Notes: generated by a model not told the origin, from the letters alone. A DNA stretch of 64,000 bases from Clostridia bacterium (GCA_030637025.1 DAOVVV010000009.1:268-64267); one strand, 5' to 3'; numbered from the stretch's first letter, positions 9,617 through 20,930 are shown. Numbers and translations: made by a program.

Positions 9617-9651
9617 TGGGACAAATAGTAGCCCGGCAATCCTTAATCTTT

Positions 9652-11100
9652 TTATGTTATTATTTTACGAAAAAGTACTTTGTCTTCTTCCGTAAATGAT
9701 TTACTTAGCCACAACAAAAGAAAATATATTACCATACCGATAATTATCAAAATAAAGAGATTCCACGCTCGTAAATAGTAAATTACACTACTCATTATTA
9801 TTCCGCTAAAAATGGGTCTCCAAATTATCTTTAATAAAGATATACGATAAAAGTGTTTAGATATCAACCAAAAACCTATTCCAAAAAAAGCTATCTGAGT
9901 AATCACAGTAGCTATTGCCGCTCCCAAATAACCCCAGCAGGGAATAAGAATTAAATTTAATCCGATATTAAGCAAAACACAGACCAATGCATTATATGCA
10001 TTTAAACGCTGTTTATCCAGAGAAATTAAAATATACATAATATTTATACTTAAAAACAAAAAAGCTACTGCCCAAATCAATATTCGTAAAGCTAAAATAG
10101 AATTTAAAAAATCAGGGGTAAATAAAAAAGAAATTATTTTCCCTGAAAGCACTGCCCCACCCATAGCAAAAGGAATTCCCAAATAAAGTAAAAATCGAAA
10201 ACTTTCCTGATATGCTCTCTTTAAATTATCTAATGAATTTTTAGAATAATCCGAAAAAACAGGGAAAAACACTGCTGTCATCGCTAAAGGGATAAAAATC
10301 AATACCTCAAAAGGACGATAAGCAGCATTGTACCACCCTACTTCAGCATCTCCTCTCATAAATGAAAGCATTACTGTATCTATGCGGAAAAAAATTATCA
10401 TGAACATTGAGGTAATTCCTATAGGAATAGCTTCCTTAAATAAGGATTTCCATAAAGGAAAATCAACTTCCAATCGCGGTCGTATAAAATTTTTAAAAAC
10501 AAGAAAAAAACTAAAGCCGGCAGCTAAAATAATAGCCAATAACTGCATAAAAAGAACACCCAAAATCCGATAACCATAAAGCAATACACCCAAGGTTAAA
10601 ATAAATGTTATTGCCCTATTGATTATGCTTACCAAAGCAGCATAATCAAACCGCTCATATGCGTTAAAAATTCCCTTAAATACTTCATTAAAAGTCTTAA
10701 TTATGATAACCAACCCGGCTATATACACTACCATACGAGTAGAAGAAGGCACAGGAATAAAATTAATAACCAAAACAATCAAGCTATAAATCAAAATTGA
10801 CAAAAACAATTTAATAGTAATGACATTTCCCAGATATTTACCCGCTATTTTTTTATTCCGCGCAACATTTTTAATCACTACCGTAGTAAAACCTAAGTCT
10901 GCCAGAAACATAAAAATTTCAACAAAAGCAAAAGCAAAAGCATATTTCCCATACTCTACATCCCCTAAATGCCTAATAACAACAACAATAAATAGCCAGA
11001 AAAACCCTCCGGCAATAATATGGGAAAGAATTTTATATATTATATTCTTACTGATTTTTTTAATTCTTGGAATATTATCTTTAATTCTCTTGTTTTTCAA
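9652..11100 (-). CDS. wzx: Wzx-type polysaccharide flippase (MOP superfamily)
   Basis: About 13-14 TM segments; LGDVEYGKY, RIDTVML, VGWYNAA, GAAIAT motifs. Confidence 0.9.
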   Translation of the reverse strand: MKNKRIKDNIPRIKKISKNIIYKILSHIIAGGFFWLFIVVVIRHLGDVEYGKYAFAFAFVEIFMFLADLGFTTVVIKNVARNKKIAGKYLGNVITIKLFLSILIYSLIVLVINFIPVPSSTRMVVYIAGLVIIIKTFNEVFKGIFNAYERFDYAALVSIINRAITFILTLGVLLYGYRILGVLFMQLLAIILAAGFSFFLVFKNFIRPRLEVDFPLWKSLFKEAIPIGITSMFMIIFFRIDTVMLSFMRGDAEVGWYNAAYRPFEVLIFIPLAMTAVFFPVFSDYSKNSLDNLKRAYQESFRFLLYLGIPFAMGGAVLSGKIISFLFTPDFLNSILALRILIWAVAFLFLSINIMYILISLDKQRLNAYNALVCVLLNIGLNLILIPCWGYLGAAIATVITQIAFFGIGFWLISKHFYRISLLKIIWRPIFSGIIMSSVIYYLRAWNLFILIIIGMVIYFLLLWLSKSFTEEDKVLFRKIIT

Positions 11101-12413
11101 TTTTTTACGTTTCCTTTAACTATTGCTCTGGTTAACCCAATTAGCATCCAGAATGAAATTTGAATAGGGACCCAAAATAAAGCATCAACAGTAACCATAT
11201 TTATAAAAAAACCTATAAAAACAGCCGTTAATGCCCATAATAATTCTTTTATATATTTATCCTTTGTTTTTTTATAAGCTTTTATCAAATCTTTAAAAAA
11301 AACAAGAAACAATCCAATTAGAACTCCACAACCAACAATTCCTACCTCAGATAAAAAACACAGATACATATTATCAGGTGTAGGAAATTCTACTGCAGCC
11401 CCCGGTGCAATGTATTTTAAATAAACCACAGAAAAATTACCATACCCAACTCCAAAAAATGGTTTATCTTTAAGAATATTAAACGTAGTTTTATAAGACG
11501 CAGCACGGTGAGAATAAAAAATATCAGAAATTAGACGTTGATAATGAAGCCTTTCGTTAAAAGTTACTTTGGTTCGTTCAGAAAAAGAAAAAAATAATAA
11601 TATTGTTATAAAAAATATTAAAGCAGCCAAAATTATTTTTTTAAAATTTTTTCGCGAAAAATAGAAAATAGTACTAATTATTACTGCTATCCAACTACCT
11701 CGGGAAAAAGATAACATAATACTTGCTAAAAGAGATACCCCTGCAAAAATGGAAAAAATATTTATAATGCTATATCGTTTCCCAACACCAAATCCTGCCT
11801 TGTAATAAGCAAACGGTAAAAACAATACCAAATATATTGCTAATGAAACCGGGTGTCCAATTGAACTCCCAATCCGACCAGAACCATCATGTAAATACCA
11901 ATCGTAATATAAATTATAAGAACTATACAAATTATGATATATAGGACTTTTTTGTTTAATAAATTCAAGGAACCCTATAAGTGCTACTATCATACTTATT
12001 CCTAATAATAGGAAGATACCTCTTTCTATCATTTTTTTCTCTACAAACAATCTTTTACTCACAATATATACAATTATTCCGGTTAAAAAGAAATTTCCTA
12101 CTTTCGCTATCGTTTTTAAAGGGGATATACTCCCAAAAGCACTTATTAACATTACAAAAAACAACACACCAATTACTCGATCAAATAAATCTATTTTACA
12201 CAAAGATTGAAGAGAACTTTCCCATATTAATAATAAGAAAATTATTCCTAAAAAAATATGGTGCAAACAAAATGACAGCCCTAAAAAATTAATCTTTAAA
12301 AAAGGCATAAAACTAAGAGGTAAAAGGGAAACTACAATAAACAATGAACACATTAACCAAAAAAAAATCTGTTTTAAGTTTTTGATATGATATTTTTCAT
12401 TTAAAATAAACAT
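11097..12413 (-). CDS. O-antigen ligase / Wzy_C family membrane protein
   Basis: Multi-TM; SFSRGSW, PFFGVGYGNF, PDNMYL motifs. Confidence 0.85.
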   Translation of the reverse strand: MFILNEKYHIKNLKQIFFWLMCSLFIVVSLLPLSFMPFLKINFLGLSFCLHHIFLGIIFLLLIWESSLQSLCKIDLFDRVIGVLFFVMLISAFGSISPLKTIAKVGNFFLTGIIVYIVSKRLFVEKKMIERGIFLLLGISMIVALIGFLEFIKQKSPIYHNLYSSYNLYYDWYLHDGSGRIGSSIGHPVSLAIYLVLFLPFAYYKAGFGVGKRYSIINIFSIFAGVSLLASIMLSFSRGSWIAVIISTIFYFSRKNFKKIILAALIFFITILLFFSFSERTKVTFNERLHYQRLISDIFYSHRAASYKTTFNILKDKPFFGVGYGNFSVVYLKYIAPGAAVEFPTPDNMYLCFLSEVGIVGCGVLIGLFLVFFKDLIKAYKKTKDKYIKELLWALTAVFIGFFINMVTVDALFWVPIQISFWMLIGLTRAIVKGNVKN

Positions 12414-12479
12414 CTTTTTTACCTATCTTTTAAAAATAATATCTTAAAAAATTTACTACTTCTATATTTTTTGTACTTT

Positions 12480-13256
12480 TTAAAACTTCCACCCATGTTT
12501 ATCAAAAAATCTAATTGCACTTTGAATATGCCAAATTGTCTTTTTTGAAAATCTTTGTGCACTTTCTCTCCGATGATAGTGAATCACATCTGCATCAGAA
12601 TAATAATATATTTTATACCCTGCTTTCTTGACGCGATAACATAAATCCACATCTTCGAAATACATTTTATATTTTTCATCAAGTAGTCCAATTTGATTAA
12701 TCAATTCTCGCCGTATCATTAAGCATGCCCCAAGAAGCCAATCAACTTCGTGAATTTCATTATGATCCCAATCTGTCATTAGATGATTTTTTAAACTTTT
12801 AGAATATGGAAATATTTTACCCAGGAAAGTGCGACGCATAAGGATTGCTCTTAAAGTATAAAACCTTCGACAAGATAACTGTAGGGAACCATTAGGATAC
12901 AATAATTTTGGACCTACTATTCCAGCCTCCGGATGCAAACCCATAAATTCGACCATTTTATCAAAAACATTATTTTTAACAACCGTATCTGGATTTAAAA
13001 ATAAAATATAATTACCTCGACTAATTCTTATCCCTTGATTATTCGCTTTAGTAAATCCTTTGTTATCGGCATTCTCCACCAATCTAACTCGAGGAAACTC
13101 CTGTTTTATCATCCCACAAGTTGCATCAGAAGAATTATTATCAACCACAATTACTTCAAAAATGGACTTAATTATATTCTCTTTATATATAGATTTCAAA
13201 CATTGCAACAATAAGTCTTTTGTATTATAACTTACTATTATGATAGATAAATTCAT
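12480..13256 (-). CDS. Glycosyltransferase family 2 (WbbL-like, probable rhamnosyltransferase)
   Basis: SIIIVSYNT, NKGFTKANNQG, LNPDT, GACLM, YFEDVDLC motifs. Confidence 0.88.
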   Translation of the reverse strand: MNLSIIIVSYNTKDLLLQCLKSIYKENIIKSIFEVIVVDNNSSDATCGMIKQEFPRVRLVENADNKGFTKANNQGIRISRGNYILFLNPDTVVKNNVFDKMVEFMGLHPEAGIVGPKLLYPNGSLQLSCRRFYTLRAILMRRTFLGKIFPYSKSLKNHLMTDWDHNEIHEVDWLLGACLMIRRELINQIGLLDEKYKMYFEDVDLCYRVKKAGYKIYYYSDADVIHYHRRESAQRFSKKTIWHIQSAIRFFDKHGWKF

Positions 13257-14391
13257 TATTTATTCCCAATAATTTTTTATAAACCTTCAAAGTTTTTTTG
13301 GCGGCTCTTTTCCAGCTTAGATCTAAAGATTCAATATGTTGTTTTAAACATTTATCTCCCCGTGGAGAATAATATGCTGATAAAACAGCTTTACGAATAG
13401 AAGAAAGACTATCCGGATCGCAATACCAAACAAAATCGCGAAAATATTCTTTCGCATAACCCCTATTAGTTATTACTACATTACAATCTTTTATTCCACC
13501 TTCTAAACCAACTAGACCTGTCGTTTCAAACCAGCTTGGCAATACAACAACTTTTGCCGCAGCATATCCAGAAAACAAAATTTTTCTTGATAAATGCCCT
13601 ATCCATAAAGTATTCTTACGTTTTTTAACTAGTAATAAAAACTTTTTAACGTATTTACAATGTTTCTTAGACAAATTACCTGCAAATACTATTGGTATAT
13701 TATCATTCATTAGCGACTTTATTAAATTTATTTGATTCTTAAGAGGTTCTATTCTTGCAGGAAAAAAAATAAATTCTTTAACTTTAAATGTGTTGACAAA
13801 ATCATTCTCGTTTATAGAAAAAACCTCTGACTCGGTTTCTACTCCATTTGGTATTATTTCGTAATTAAATTTAGATAAAGCAAAATTCTCCCTAATAGAT
13901 CTTGCTTCTAACTCTGAATTTGGAAGACAACAGTCGGCATTATTCAAAATTTCAATTTGCTCATTTGTGTAACCTTTCAAAAAAAGCACCGCTAGAGATT
14001 TAATCTGTCGTATATCTTTCATTACAGAATAAACTACTTTTAAAGTCTGATATCTGTGATTCTTCCTCAAAATTTTAAACATATAACGGGGAAATCCATT
14101 CATTCCTTCTTTGTAGTATCGTAAAAGAAAATTTTGAGAATGATAAATTGGAGAAACTACTATAGGAATACCGTATTTCCTGGCATTTTTATATTTAAGA
14201 TAAGTCCCTTCAATCCTTGTTATATTAAACAGGTGCACTAAATCATATTTTCGCAGGGATACTGAAAAGTCTAAATTAATTTCCACCTTAATTCCTGCTT
14301 TCTCCAAATATTCCTTTGTTTTAAGCATTTGAAGAGTATCCCCTCCAAAATTTTTAAAAGAGTCTTTACGATTTTGCATTAAAATTTTCAT
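13225..14391 (-). CDS. Glycosyltransferase family 4
   Basis: GGDTLQM N-terminus; RIEPLKNQ; PSWFETTGLVGLE. Confidence 0.85.
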   Translation of the reverse strand: MKILMQNRKDSFKNFGGDTLQMLKTKEYLEKAGIKVEINLDFSVSLRKYDLVHLFNITRIEGTYLKYKNARKYGIPIVVSPIYHSQNFLLRYYKEGMNGFPRYMFKILRKNHRYQTLKVVYSVMKDIRQIKSLAVLFLKGYTNEQIEILNNADCCLPNSELEARSIRENFALSKFNYEIIPNGVETESEVFSINENDFVNTFKVKEFIFFPARIEPLKNQINLIKSLMNDNIPIVFAGNLSKKHCKYVKKFLLLVKKRKNTLWIGHLSRKILFSGYAAAKVVVLPSWFETTGLVGLEGGIKDCNVVITNRGYAKEYFRDFVWYCDPDSLSSIRKAVLSAYYSPRGDKCLKQHIESLDLSWKRAAKKTLKVYKKLLGINNEFIYHNSKL

Positions 14392-15707
14392 ATTTTTTTC
14401 TCTTTAAATTTTGTATTCTGGTAAATATTCGGCAAAACTGCAATTAAAGCCAACAAAAACCAAGTATAAGAAAAATTATAACCTGGTAAATTCATCCAGA
14501 TAAATAAAATCGAAATATAAGATAATTTTAAAGCCAATAATAAATCCCCCCATTTTCTCTCTTCACCAGAAAACTTTATTCTTTTTTCAAAAACTTTCAA
14601 TTTGTTCCATATTTTAAAAAGAAAAAACACAAAAACAGAAAAACCCACAACTCCCGTTTCTAATAATAATTGCAAATATAAGTTATGTGTTACCTGACTA
14701 TTTATAAAAAAGGGTGTATTACCAAATCCAATCCCTAAAATAGGATTTTTCAAAAATGCTTGAAAAGCCATCTTCTGTGTTCTAAATCTCTCAATTGCGG
14801 ATAGGTCACTAAACGCGCTCAATCTTTGAAAAAGAACTTCTCTATCAGGAATAAAATACATTAAAAGAATGAAAATTAAACATACCATTGTAAAAACAAT
14901 TGCTATTGTTCTAAATATTTTTTTTTCGTATACAAGTTTATACAAAATAAAACATATAAAAACAAATATGAATCCAAACCAGGAGGAACGCGAAAAAGTT
15001 AAAAACTGAGCAATTACAAAAACTACAAGAAAAAATCGTGTTGTTATTTGTTTTTTTTCAAACGCAACTGGTAAAATCAGACTAAACGGTATTAGCAAAA
15101 ATGTGCCCCAGAACGAAGGCTCTGGCATAAATGCCCTTGCTCTTGGCAAACCAATCCAACTAGATAATTCCACTCCTCTGGTAATTGAATAACTTTTTGA
15201 TATACGTAATATATCTGTAAAAGGTAAATTATACAGAAAACCAAAAAATTGATAAATCGAATATAAAGATACCAACAACGACACAAAAACAAAAAAATTA
15301 ACAAGCTTTTGAATTTTTTCTGTATTATAATTTTTTAAAATATTTCGCAGAACAATAAAATGCAAAATCATCAAAAAAAACATTAGTAACTGTTTAAAAT
15401 TTTTAACACATATCGTTTCACTGTTATAAAAAACAGGATTAACATCCCATAACAAATTATTATATACAGATAGAGATGCTATAATAAAAAAAATAAATAA
15501 CCATCTTGTTATATTATCTATAGTTATGAGGTATCCACTCACTAAAAGATCCATCGTTAATATAAACAATATTAGAAAGGATAAAGGTAAAGTATCATTT
15601 CTAAAAGTCAAACCGAAAGCAATAAATAAAAGTGAAACAATAAATGATTGTAAGATTTTTGTTGTTCGGTTTTTTAAACTCATTTTTATAATTCTGATTA
15701 ACTCCAA
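14388..15707 (-). CDS. Wzy polymerase / O-antigen ligase family protein
   Basis: Multi-TM; RARAFMPEPS, TFSRSSW, PILGIGFG, THNLYLQLL motifs. Confidence 0.85.
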   Translation of the reverse strand: MELIRIIKMSLKNRTTKILQSFIVSLLFIAFGLTFRNDTLPLSFLILFILTMDLLVSGYLITIDNITRWLFIFFIIASLSVYNNLLWDVNPVFYNSETICVKNFKQLLMFFLMILHFIVLRNILKNYNTEKIQKLVNFFVFVSLLVSLYSIYQFFGFLYNLPFTDILRISKSYSITRGVELSSWIGLPRARAFMPEPSFWGTFLLIPFSLILPVAFEKKQITTRFFLVVFVIAQFLTFSRSSWFGFIFVFICFILYKLVYEKKIFRTIAIVFTMVCLIFILLMYFIPDREVLFQRLSAFSDLSAIERFRTQKMAFQAFLKNPILGIGFGNTPFFINSQVTHNLYLQLLLETGVVGFSVFVFFLFKIWNKLKVFEKRIKFSGEERKWGDLLLALKLSYISILFIWMNLPGYNFSYTWFLLALIAVLPNIYQNTKFKEKKI

Positions 15708-15789
15708 GGTATATTTTTCACTTTACTCTAATAATTATGTTATGCCCTACAAATATAGTCTAATTGCTATTTTTATAATTATTCTCACT

Positions 15790-16941
15790 TTATCCAGAAT
15801 TTAACCATATTGTATTTATTTTTCTATAACTTTCTTTCCAAGTATTGTGCTTAGCAAACTGTATATATTTATTCTTATTTTTCTCTTGTAATGCCGATCT
15901 CAATCCATTCACAAAATCATCAGAATCTCTTGCCAAATAAGCTGGACTATTTATAACTTCTAACTCTTCCCATTTTGTAGTAACCACAGGCAATCCACAA
16001 GCCATATATTCATACAATTTCAAAGGATTAATAGATTTTACAATAGGGTGTTTAACATTAAAAGGGATAATACCGATATCAGAATTATGCAGATACCTTG
16101 GTATTTCATTATATTTTCTTGGCCCTAATATAAAAATGTTAGGTTCTTCTCTTAGTTTTGAAATATCAACATCCTCTTTACCTATAAGCACAAAAGAAAT
16201 ATTTCTACAATTTCGAACAACTTTATGCAAAAAATCCACTCCAAACCATTCACTTATAGCACCCACATATATTGCTATTGGTTTAGGTATTTTATTTAAA
16301 TCCTCCGGTATTTCTCTATTCGAATTTAGAAAATGTTCAATCTCAACACCATTTGGAACATAATTTAATTTACTCTTATACTCACAAAGATAAGCCTCCA
16401 AAGTTGTTGCTGTATATATTATGCGATTTACTTTATTCATCAATTTTTTCTCTAACTTTTTTAAATGTAAGTTTACTTTCTTAAAAGCATCATTTCTGTC
16501 TGCAACCCTCAATATAGATTTTTTATATTCTATCTCATCAATCCAAAAATGTTGAACAAATGAATCAAACCATAAAAGATCAACCTTACCAAAACCAGCT
16601 TGCTTGACATATTTAATAATGTTAGGCATAGTAAACTTGTGCCAATAATTAGCAACAACACCCATGTTAAATAATGGCTTTTCATTAGGAGTAAATAAAG
16701 CCATCGGCACATATGTATTTAAATTTTTATAACCACTATCAATACGATTTTTATAAATAGCATACCTATTTAAAACCTCTCCCCTTTTATTCTTCATTAA
16801 AAAATGGAAAGGGGATATCGGATCAGAAATAAATAAAACTTCCCACCCATCTTTTACAAACAGCTTAGCAATTTGGTGACTACCAACATGATAAGGAGAT
16901 GTCCAATAATTACCTGTAGCCATTAATATTTTTTTACTCAT
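15790..16941 (-). CDS. Glycosyltransferase (GT-B, TuaH-like)
   Basis: VPNGVE, YVGAISEW, NPLKLYEYMACGLPVV motifs. Confidence 0.85.
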   Translation of the reverse strand: MSKKILMATGNYWTSPYHVGSHQIAKLFVKDGWEVLFISDPISPFHFLMKNKRGEVLNRYAIYKNRIDSGYKNLNTYVPMALFTPNEKPLFNMGVVANYWHKFTMPNIIKYVKQAGFGKVDLLWFDSFVQHFWIDEIEYKKSILRVADRNDAFKKVNLHLKKLEKKLMNKVNRIIYTATTLEAYLCEYKSKLNYVPNGVEIEHFLNSNREIPEDLNKIPKPIAIYVGAISEWFGVDFLHKVVRNCRNISFVLIGKEDVDISKLREEPNIFILGPRKYNEIPRYLHNSDIGIIPFNVKHPIVKSINPLKLYEYMACGLPVVTTKWEELEVINSPAYLARDSDDFVNGLRSALQEKNKNKYIQFAKHNTWKESYRKINTIWLNSG

Positions 16942-16952
16942 TTATCTATCCT

Positions 16953-18959
16953 CTATCTATCTATACAAAATTCTATTTCTACCGGAACAACTGTATTTAA
17001 AATAGCACTAACCTTTTCTGTTTTTGCTACTATACCATATTCAGGAGAATAGAACCCGCTATCTCTCTTCAACTGAAGTTTATCAGAATTAATTTTTAAC
17101 TGTTGTTTGAAATCTGGCGACAAAATAAAATTCCATTCCAAATAATGATTTCCAGTTCCTTTTAATCTGTCTATTATTTTTAATTTACCTTCTTTTTTGT
17201 AAAATTGTATTTTTCTTTGATGGACAACAGGTTGTCGTGAATAATCATATCCATAATGTTCTCCTATAAATATATCCACTTTACTATCTGTTTCCCATTT
17301 TAAACATTTTGGCACAACATTATTATCCATTTGAAATAATCTTTTTTTATTAAATTTGTTCTGTTCTTTCCCATCAATTTTTATTGTATTATGATAAGCT
17401 GTACTTCTGAATTTATTTCTCCATTCCGGGTTAGAAGTATAAACATAAGTACCAGAGTCAACAATCACATCTCTCCCTTCTTTACATAGCACAAAACTTA
17501 ACTTATCACAGTGACAATGTCCACCATACCCATTCTGCCCATTGGGCCCACAGGAAATTACACAATAATTTTTATCATTACGCATCACATACCAACCAAC
17601 ATCAGAAAATGCTTTTGATTCTATATTTTTTAAAAAATTCCATTCTAAAGAATCCCATATTTCCCTACCTTTTTTGCCATAAATAATTAGAGATTCAGCA
17701 ATATCTTCATCCGTATCAAAAAATTCCTTTATTTTCCATTTTTGTTCTTTAAAAAACACAGCACCCAAAGCAAGTAAATATCGCATATCTTGAATTTTTC
17801 TCGGAAACAAATTAAAGAATCGTCCAGAATCATTGTCTCCTATCTGAGGCATTTTCCCATTCGGTTTTAATAAATAAGCGACAACATCAAACATTTTATA
17901 AAGCTTTTCAGTGTATTTATCGCCAAAAATTTTTCTCGTAATTTTTTCAAAATTAACCCTTTCAAAATCATCATCATTTATTACTACTATTAATGTACTA
18001 AAAAACAACAATTCCAAAGCCAAACGATGATAACAAGTCGATGCTTCAAAACTACACCCATCCGGATACACCTGTTTTTCCATTTCCTTTATGAGTTCTT
18101 CAATCCCCAATTTCACCCAGTTTCCTGACTCTTTAAATTCAGGAAACATTACACCCAGATAAATTAAACCTGTTATATCAGCAAGGTAATGATTTGTAGT
18201 TAAATTTTTACTATATTCTAAGTTCTTTGCTATATGTTTGCCGTGTTGATAAAGAGATTTCAAATACTTAAATAAAAATTCACTTGTTATTTCAGATGAT
18301 TTTTTAAAATAATAATATCCCAAAATCCAATTACATGATCTAATCGCCACATCCATTGTACAGTGCCAGTTAACCCCAAACCCTGGTTTATTTTTATCTA
18401 TCCAATCAGTGATTTGATTAACAAATTCTTTGGTATACCCCTCATCATTGGTTAACCAATAGGCCTCACCCAATATAAATAAATGTTGAAACCGTGAAAG
18501 TTCCCAGGGGATTTTTATATCTGCCTTTCCATAAGGTATTTCAATTCCTTTATAATACTTTTTAGGATTCCATTTATAACTTGTCTTAAAATCACAATGC
18601 CAATCAATACTTTTACCTAAATTTACATCACCTGACCCAAGAATATTGAAAACATGATTACAAATTCTGTTAGCTTCAAAAATTATTTTATCTTGTATAT
18701 TTGACACGGAATTACGATAAACAATGTCATTTTTTAATGATAAATTGATAAAAAATGTTGGTTTTTTTCTGTTAATAAAATATTTATTCAATTCGTCTAA
18801 ATTTTTAACTTTATAATTATGATCCCAAATTTTTTTAAAAAAATATTCATCTGTAATTTCATTTTTCAATAAATTAATATATATTTTTCCAAAAATAGAT
18901 AGGATTATATTTTTAATTTTGTAAAAAAAAAATTTTATTATACTCATTTCAAAACCCAA
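16953..18959 (-). CDS. Heparinase II/III-family (alginate lyase-like) protein
   Basis: DIKIPWELSRFQHL, EASTCYH, GDNDSG, GGHCHCDKLSF, DSGTYVY, RSTAYHNT motifs. Confidence 0.88.
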   Translation of the reverse strand: MGFEMSIIKFFFYKIKNIILSIFGKIYINLLKNEITDEYFFKKIWDHNYKVKNLDELNKYFINRKKPTFFINLSLKNDIVYRNSVSNIQDKIIFEANRICNHVFNILGSGDVNLGKSIDWHCDFKTSYKWNPKKYYKGIEIPYGKADIKIPWELSRFQHLFILGEAYWLTNDEGYTKEFVNQITDWIDKNKPGFGVNWHCTMDVAIRSCNWILGYYYFKKSSEITSEFLFKYLKSLYQHGKHIAKNLEYSKNLTTNHYLADITGLIYLGVMFPEFKESGNWVKLGIEELIKEMEKQVYPDGCSFEASTCYHRLALELLFFSTLIVVINDDDFERVNFEKITRKIFGDKYTEKLYKMFDVVAYLLKPNGKMPQIGDNDSGRFFNLFPRKIQDMRYLLALGAVFFKEQKWKIKEFFDTDEDIAESLIIYGKKGREIWDSLEWNFLKNIESKAFSDVGWYVMRNDKNYCVISCGPNGQNGYGGHCHCDKLSFVLCKEGRDVIVDSGTYVYTSNPEWRNKFRSTAYHNTIKIDGKEQNKFNKKRLFQMDNNVVPKCLKWETDSKVDIFIGEHYGYDYSRQPVVHQRKIQFYKKEGKLKIIDRLKGTGNHYLEWNFILSPDFKQQLKINSDKLQLKRDSGFYSPEYGIVAKTEKVSAILNTVVPVEIEFCIDR

Positions 18960-18992
18960 TTTTCACTTTCTATAAAAACAACAAATTTAAAT

Positions 18993-19649
18993 TTATTTTT
19001 TAAATTTCCAATATTCATTAGTTTTATCAACTATCGGTAAATCTTCTAAATTTAATCTTTTCAACTCATTTCCACGTGCTTCTTTTATCATTATCGCTTC
19101 GCTGATATCTTTGCCAAGTTTGACTAAATGATCAACAAGCACATCATCCTCAAAAATCATTTTAACAGGTCTGCATGGATTACCTACAGCTACAACGTAA
19201 GAAGGTATATCATTAACAACAACACTCCCTGCTCCAATAACGCTTCCAATACCTATATGCACTCCGCCTAATATTATCACAGAGGAACCACACCAAACTT
19301 CTTCATTTATAACAATTTGTTTTGAATTTTCTCGCTTCTTCGGATACAAAAATCTAACACTTTCACCTCTAATACCAAAATAATGATTTCCTCCAACAAT
19401 GATAGGTCGGGGACCGAACATGACATTATGCCCTATTTTAATTTCGGCTGAAATATACGCATACTCTCCGATAAAAACATTATCCCCTATTTCCATGAGT
19501 TCAGGTTTTAAAAAACTACTTCTGGGATCAAAAATAAAATTATCTCCGTATTTTTTTATCTTTTTCAAAATGTTTTTCTTTTTAATAAAATAATACCAAA
19601 ATAAAGGATTTATAATTTTTTTAAATATCATACCCTCGTTCCTTTTCAC
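18993..19649 (-). CDS. Hexapeptide-repeat O-acyltransferase
   Basis: IGDNVFIG, IGAGSVV, VAVGNPCR left-handed beta-helix motifs. Confidence 0.88.
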   Translation of the reverse strand: MKRNEGMIFKKIINPLFWYYFIKKKNILKKIKKYGDNFIFDPRSSFLKPELMEIGDNVFIGEYAYISAEIKIGHNVMFGPRPIIVGGNHYFGIRGESVRFLYPKKRENSKQIVINEEVWCGSSVIILGGVHIGIGSVIGAGSVVVNDIPSYVVAVGNPCRPVKMIFEDDVLVDHLVKLGKDISEAIMIKEARGNELKRLNLEDLPIVDKTNEYWKFKK

Positions 19650-20925
19650 ATTTTTTTTTAAAATATCTTTTTAGTATATAGATAGTTATCAATATCACGA
19701 AAATTGATGTAATAAAATAAGTAATTCCCTGTGCTACCGCAGCACCTATCATTCCATAGCGAATTATAAAAATATAATTTAGAACACCAGAAATAGTAAT
19801 TGAACCGCAAGCTGAAAAAAAATTATATTTAATCATCCCTAAAGAAAATATTGCAACACCAAGCAAAGAATAGCAACTCCAAAAAAAATATTTTACCAGT
19901 AATATTCTAAAATAAAGACCTGCTACATTATAACTATCACCATATACAATCCTAATAAAGGGGGGAACGACTAAAAATGAAATAACAACTATACCCAAAG
20001 TAAGTAATATCATCAATTTTTCATATTTTTTTAGAACCCTTAAAAATTCCAACTTATCATTACTTTTCTCGGAAAAATACGGTGTAGCAATACTTTGAAC
20101 AGTTGTGGTTATATAATTCAATCCCAGAATAAAAATAGTTGAAAGACTATAATACCCAAAACTTACTCTATCTTTTATGAGATAATTTAACATAAAAATA
20201 TCCATATATTGCCCAATACTTCCAACTACATTACCAGCTACGCTCCATTTAGCATAAAAAAAACTTTGAGAAAAAAAACTACTTGTCTTAACTTTCTTTT
20301 TAAAATCACCTTTGACTAAATTAAGTAAAGGCACTAATGCAAAATATCCAACAATTATTGTTGCTAAAATAAAACCAACGAAACCATAAAAATAAGTTGA
20401 CACAATTAAACCAACAAAACTAAAAAGGCGTATAATTACCTGCACTTTTGCCATAAGTTGTATCTTTTTAAGCGCCTGCAAATAAACCATGATAAGTAAA
20501 GTATAGGTCATCGCAGGAATAACCAGCATATAAAGTGGAAACCATTTATTAACAGTTTTATCCGGTGATAAAAAACCTGTTTTTGCTAAAACAAAAAAAA
20601 TTCCAAGCACAAACATTATAGGAACAATCGTATAATAAAAATTTTGTTTAAATATTACTGAACGCTCTTCAAAAGATCTTTTTTCCGAACAAAGTTTTAA
20701 AACCGCTGTATTAAACCCAAATCCAGCTAAAATTATACCCACCCCAACAAATGACTGTATTGTCTTAATTTGTCCTAATTCTAGCGGCGTAAGAAATTTA
20801 GCTACTATTAATTGTGAACCAAAACCAAGAAAACCTATAATAAAATTAGCAAAAAGAAGGTGAAAAAAACCTTTATTGAAAATATTTTCAAATAATCGTA
20901 AAATCCGACTCAACTTAATAGTCAT
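19621..20925 (-). CDS. Second Wzx-type flippase
   Basis: About 12 TM segments; LTPLELG, MDIFML, GYYS, GMIGAAVA motifs. Confidence 0.85.
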   Translation of the reverse strand: MTIKLSRILRLFENIFNKGFFHLLFANFIIGFLGFGSQLIVAKFLTPLELGQIKTIQSFVGVGIILAGFGFNTAVLKLCSEKRSFEERSVIFKQNFYYTIVPIMFVLGIFFVLAKTGFLSPDKTVNKWFPLYMLVIPAMTYTLLIMVYLQALKKIQLMAKVQVIIRLFSFVGLIVSTYFYGFVGFILATIIVGYFALVPLLNLVKGDFKKKVKTSSFFSQSFFYAKWSVAGNVVGSIGQYMDIFMLNYLIKDRVSFGYYSLSTIFILGLNYITTTVQSIATPYFSEKSNDKLEFLRVLKKYEKLMILLTLGIVVISFLVVPPFIRIVYGDSYNVAGLYFRILLVKYFFWSCYSLLGVAIFSLGMIKYNFFSACGSITISGVLNYIFIIRYGMIGAAVAQGITYFITSIFVILITIYILKRYFKKKCEKERGYDI

Positions 20926-20930
20926 TAAAC

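Noticed and set aside
9437-9646. aatccttaa direct repeat (9437-9445, 9638-9646) as the TSD of an outer element
   Set aside because: A 9-bp AT-rich match without supporting TIRs could be chance.
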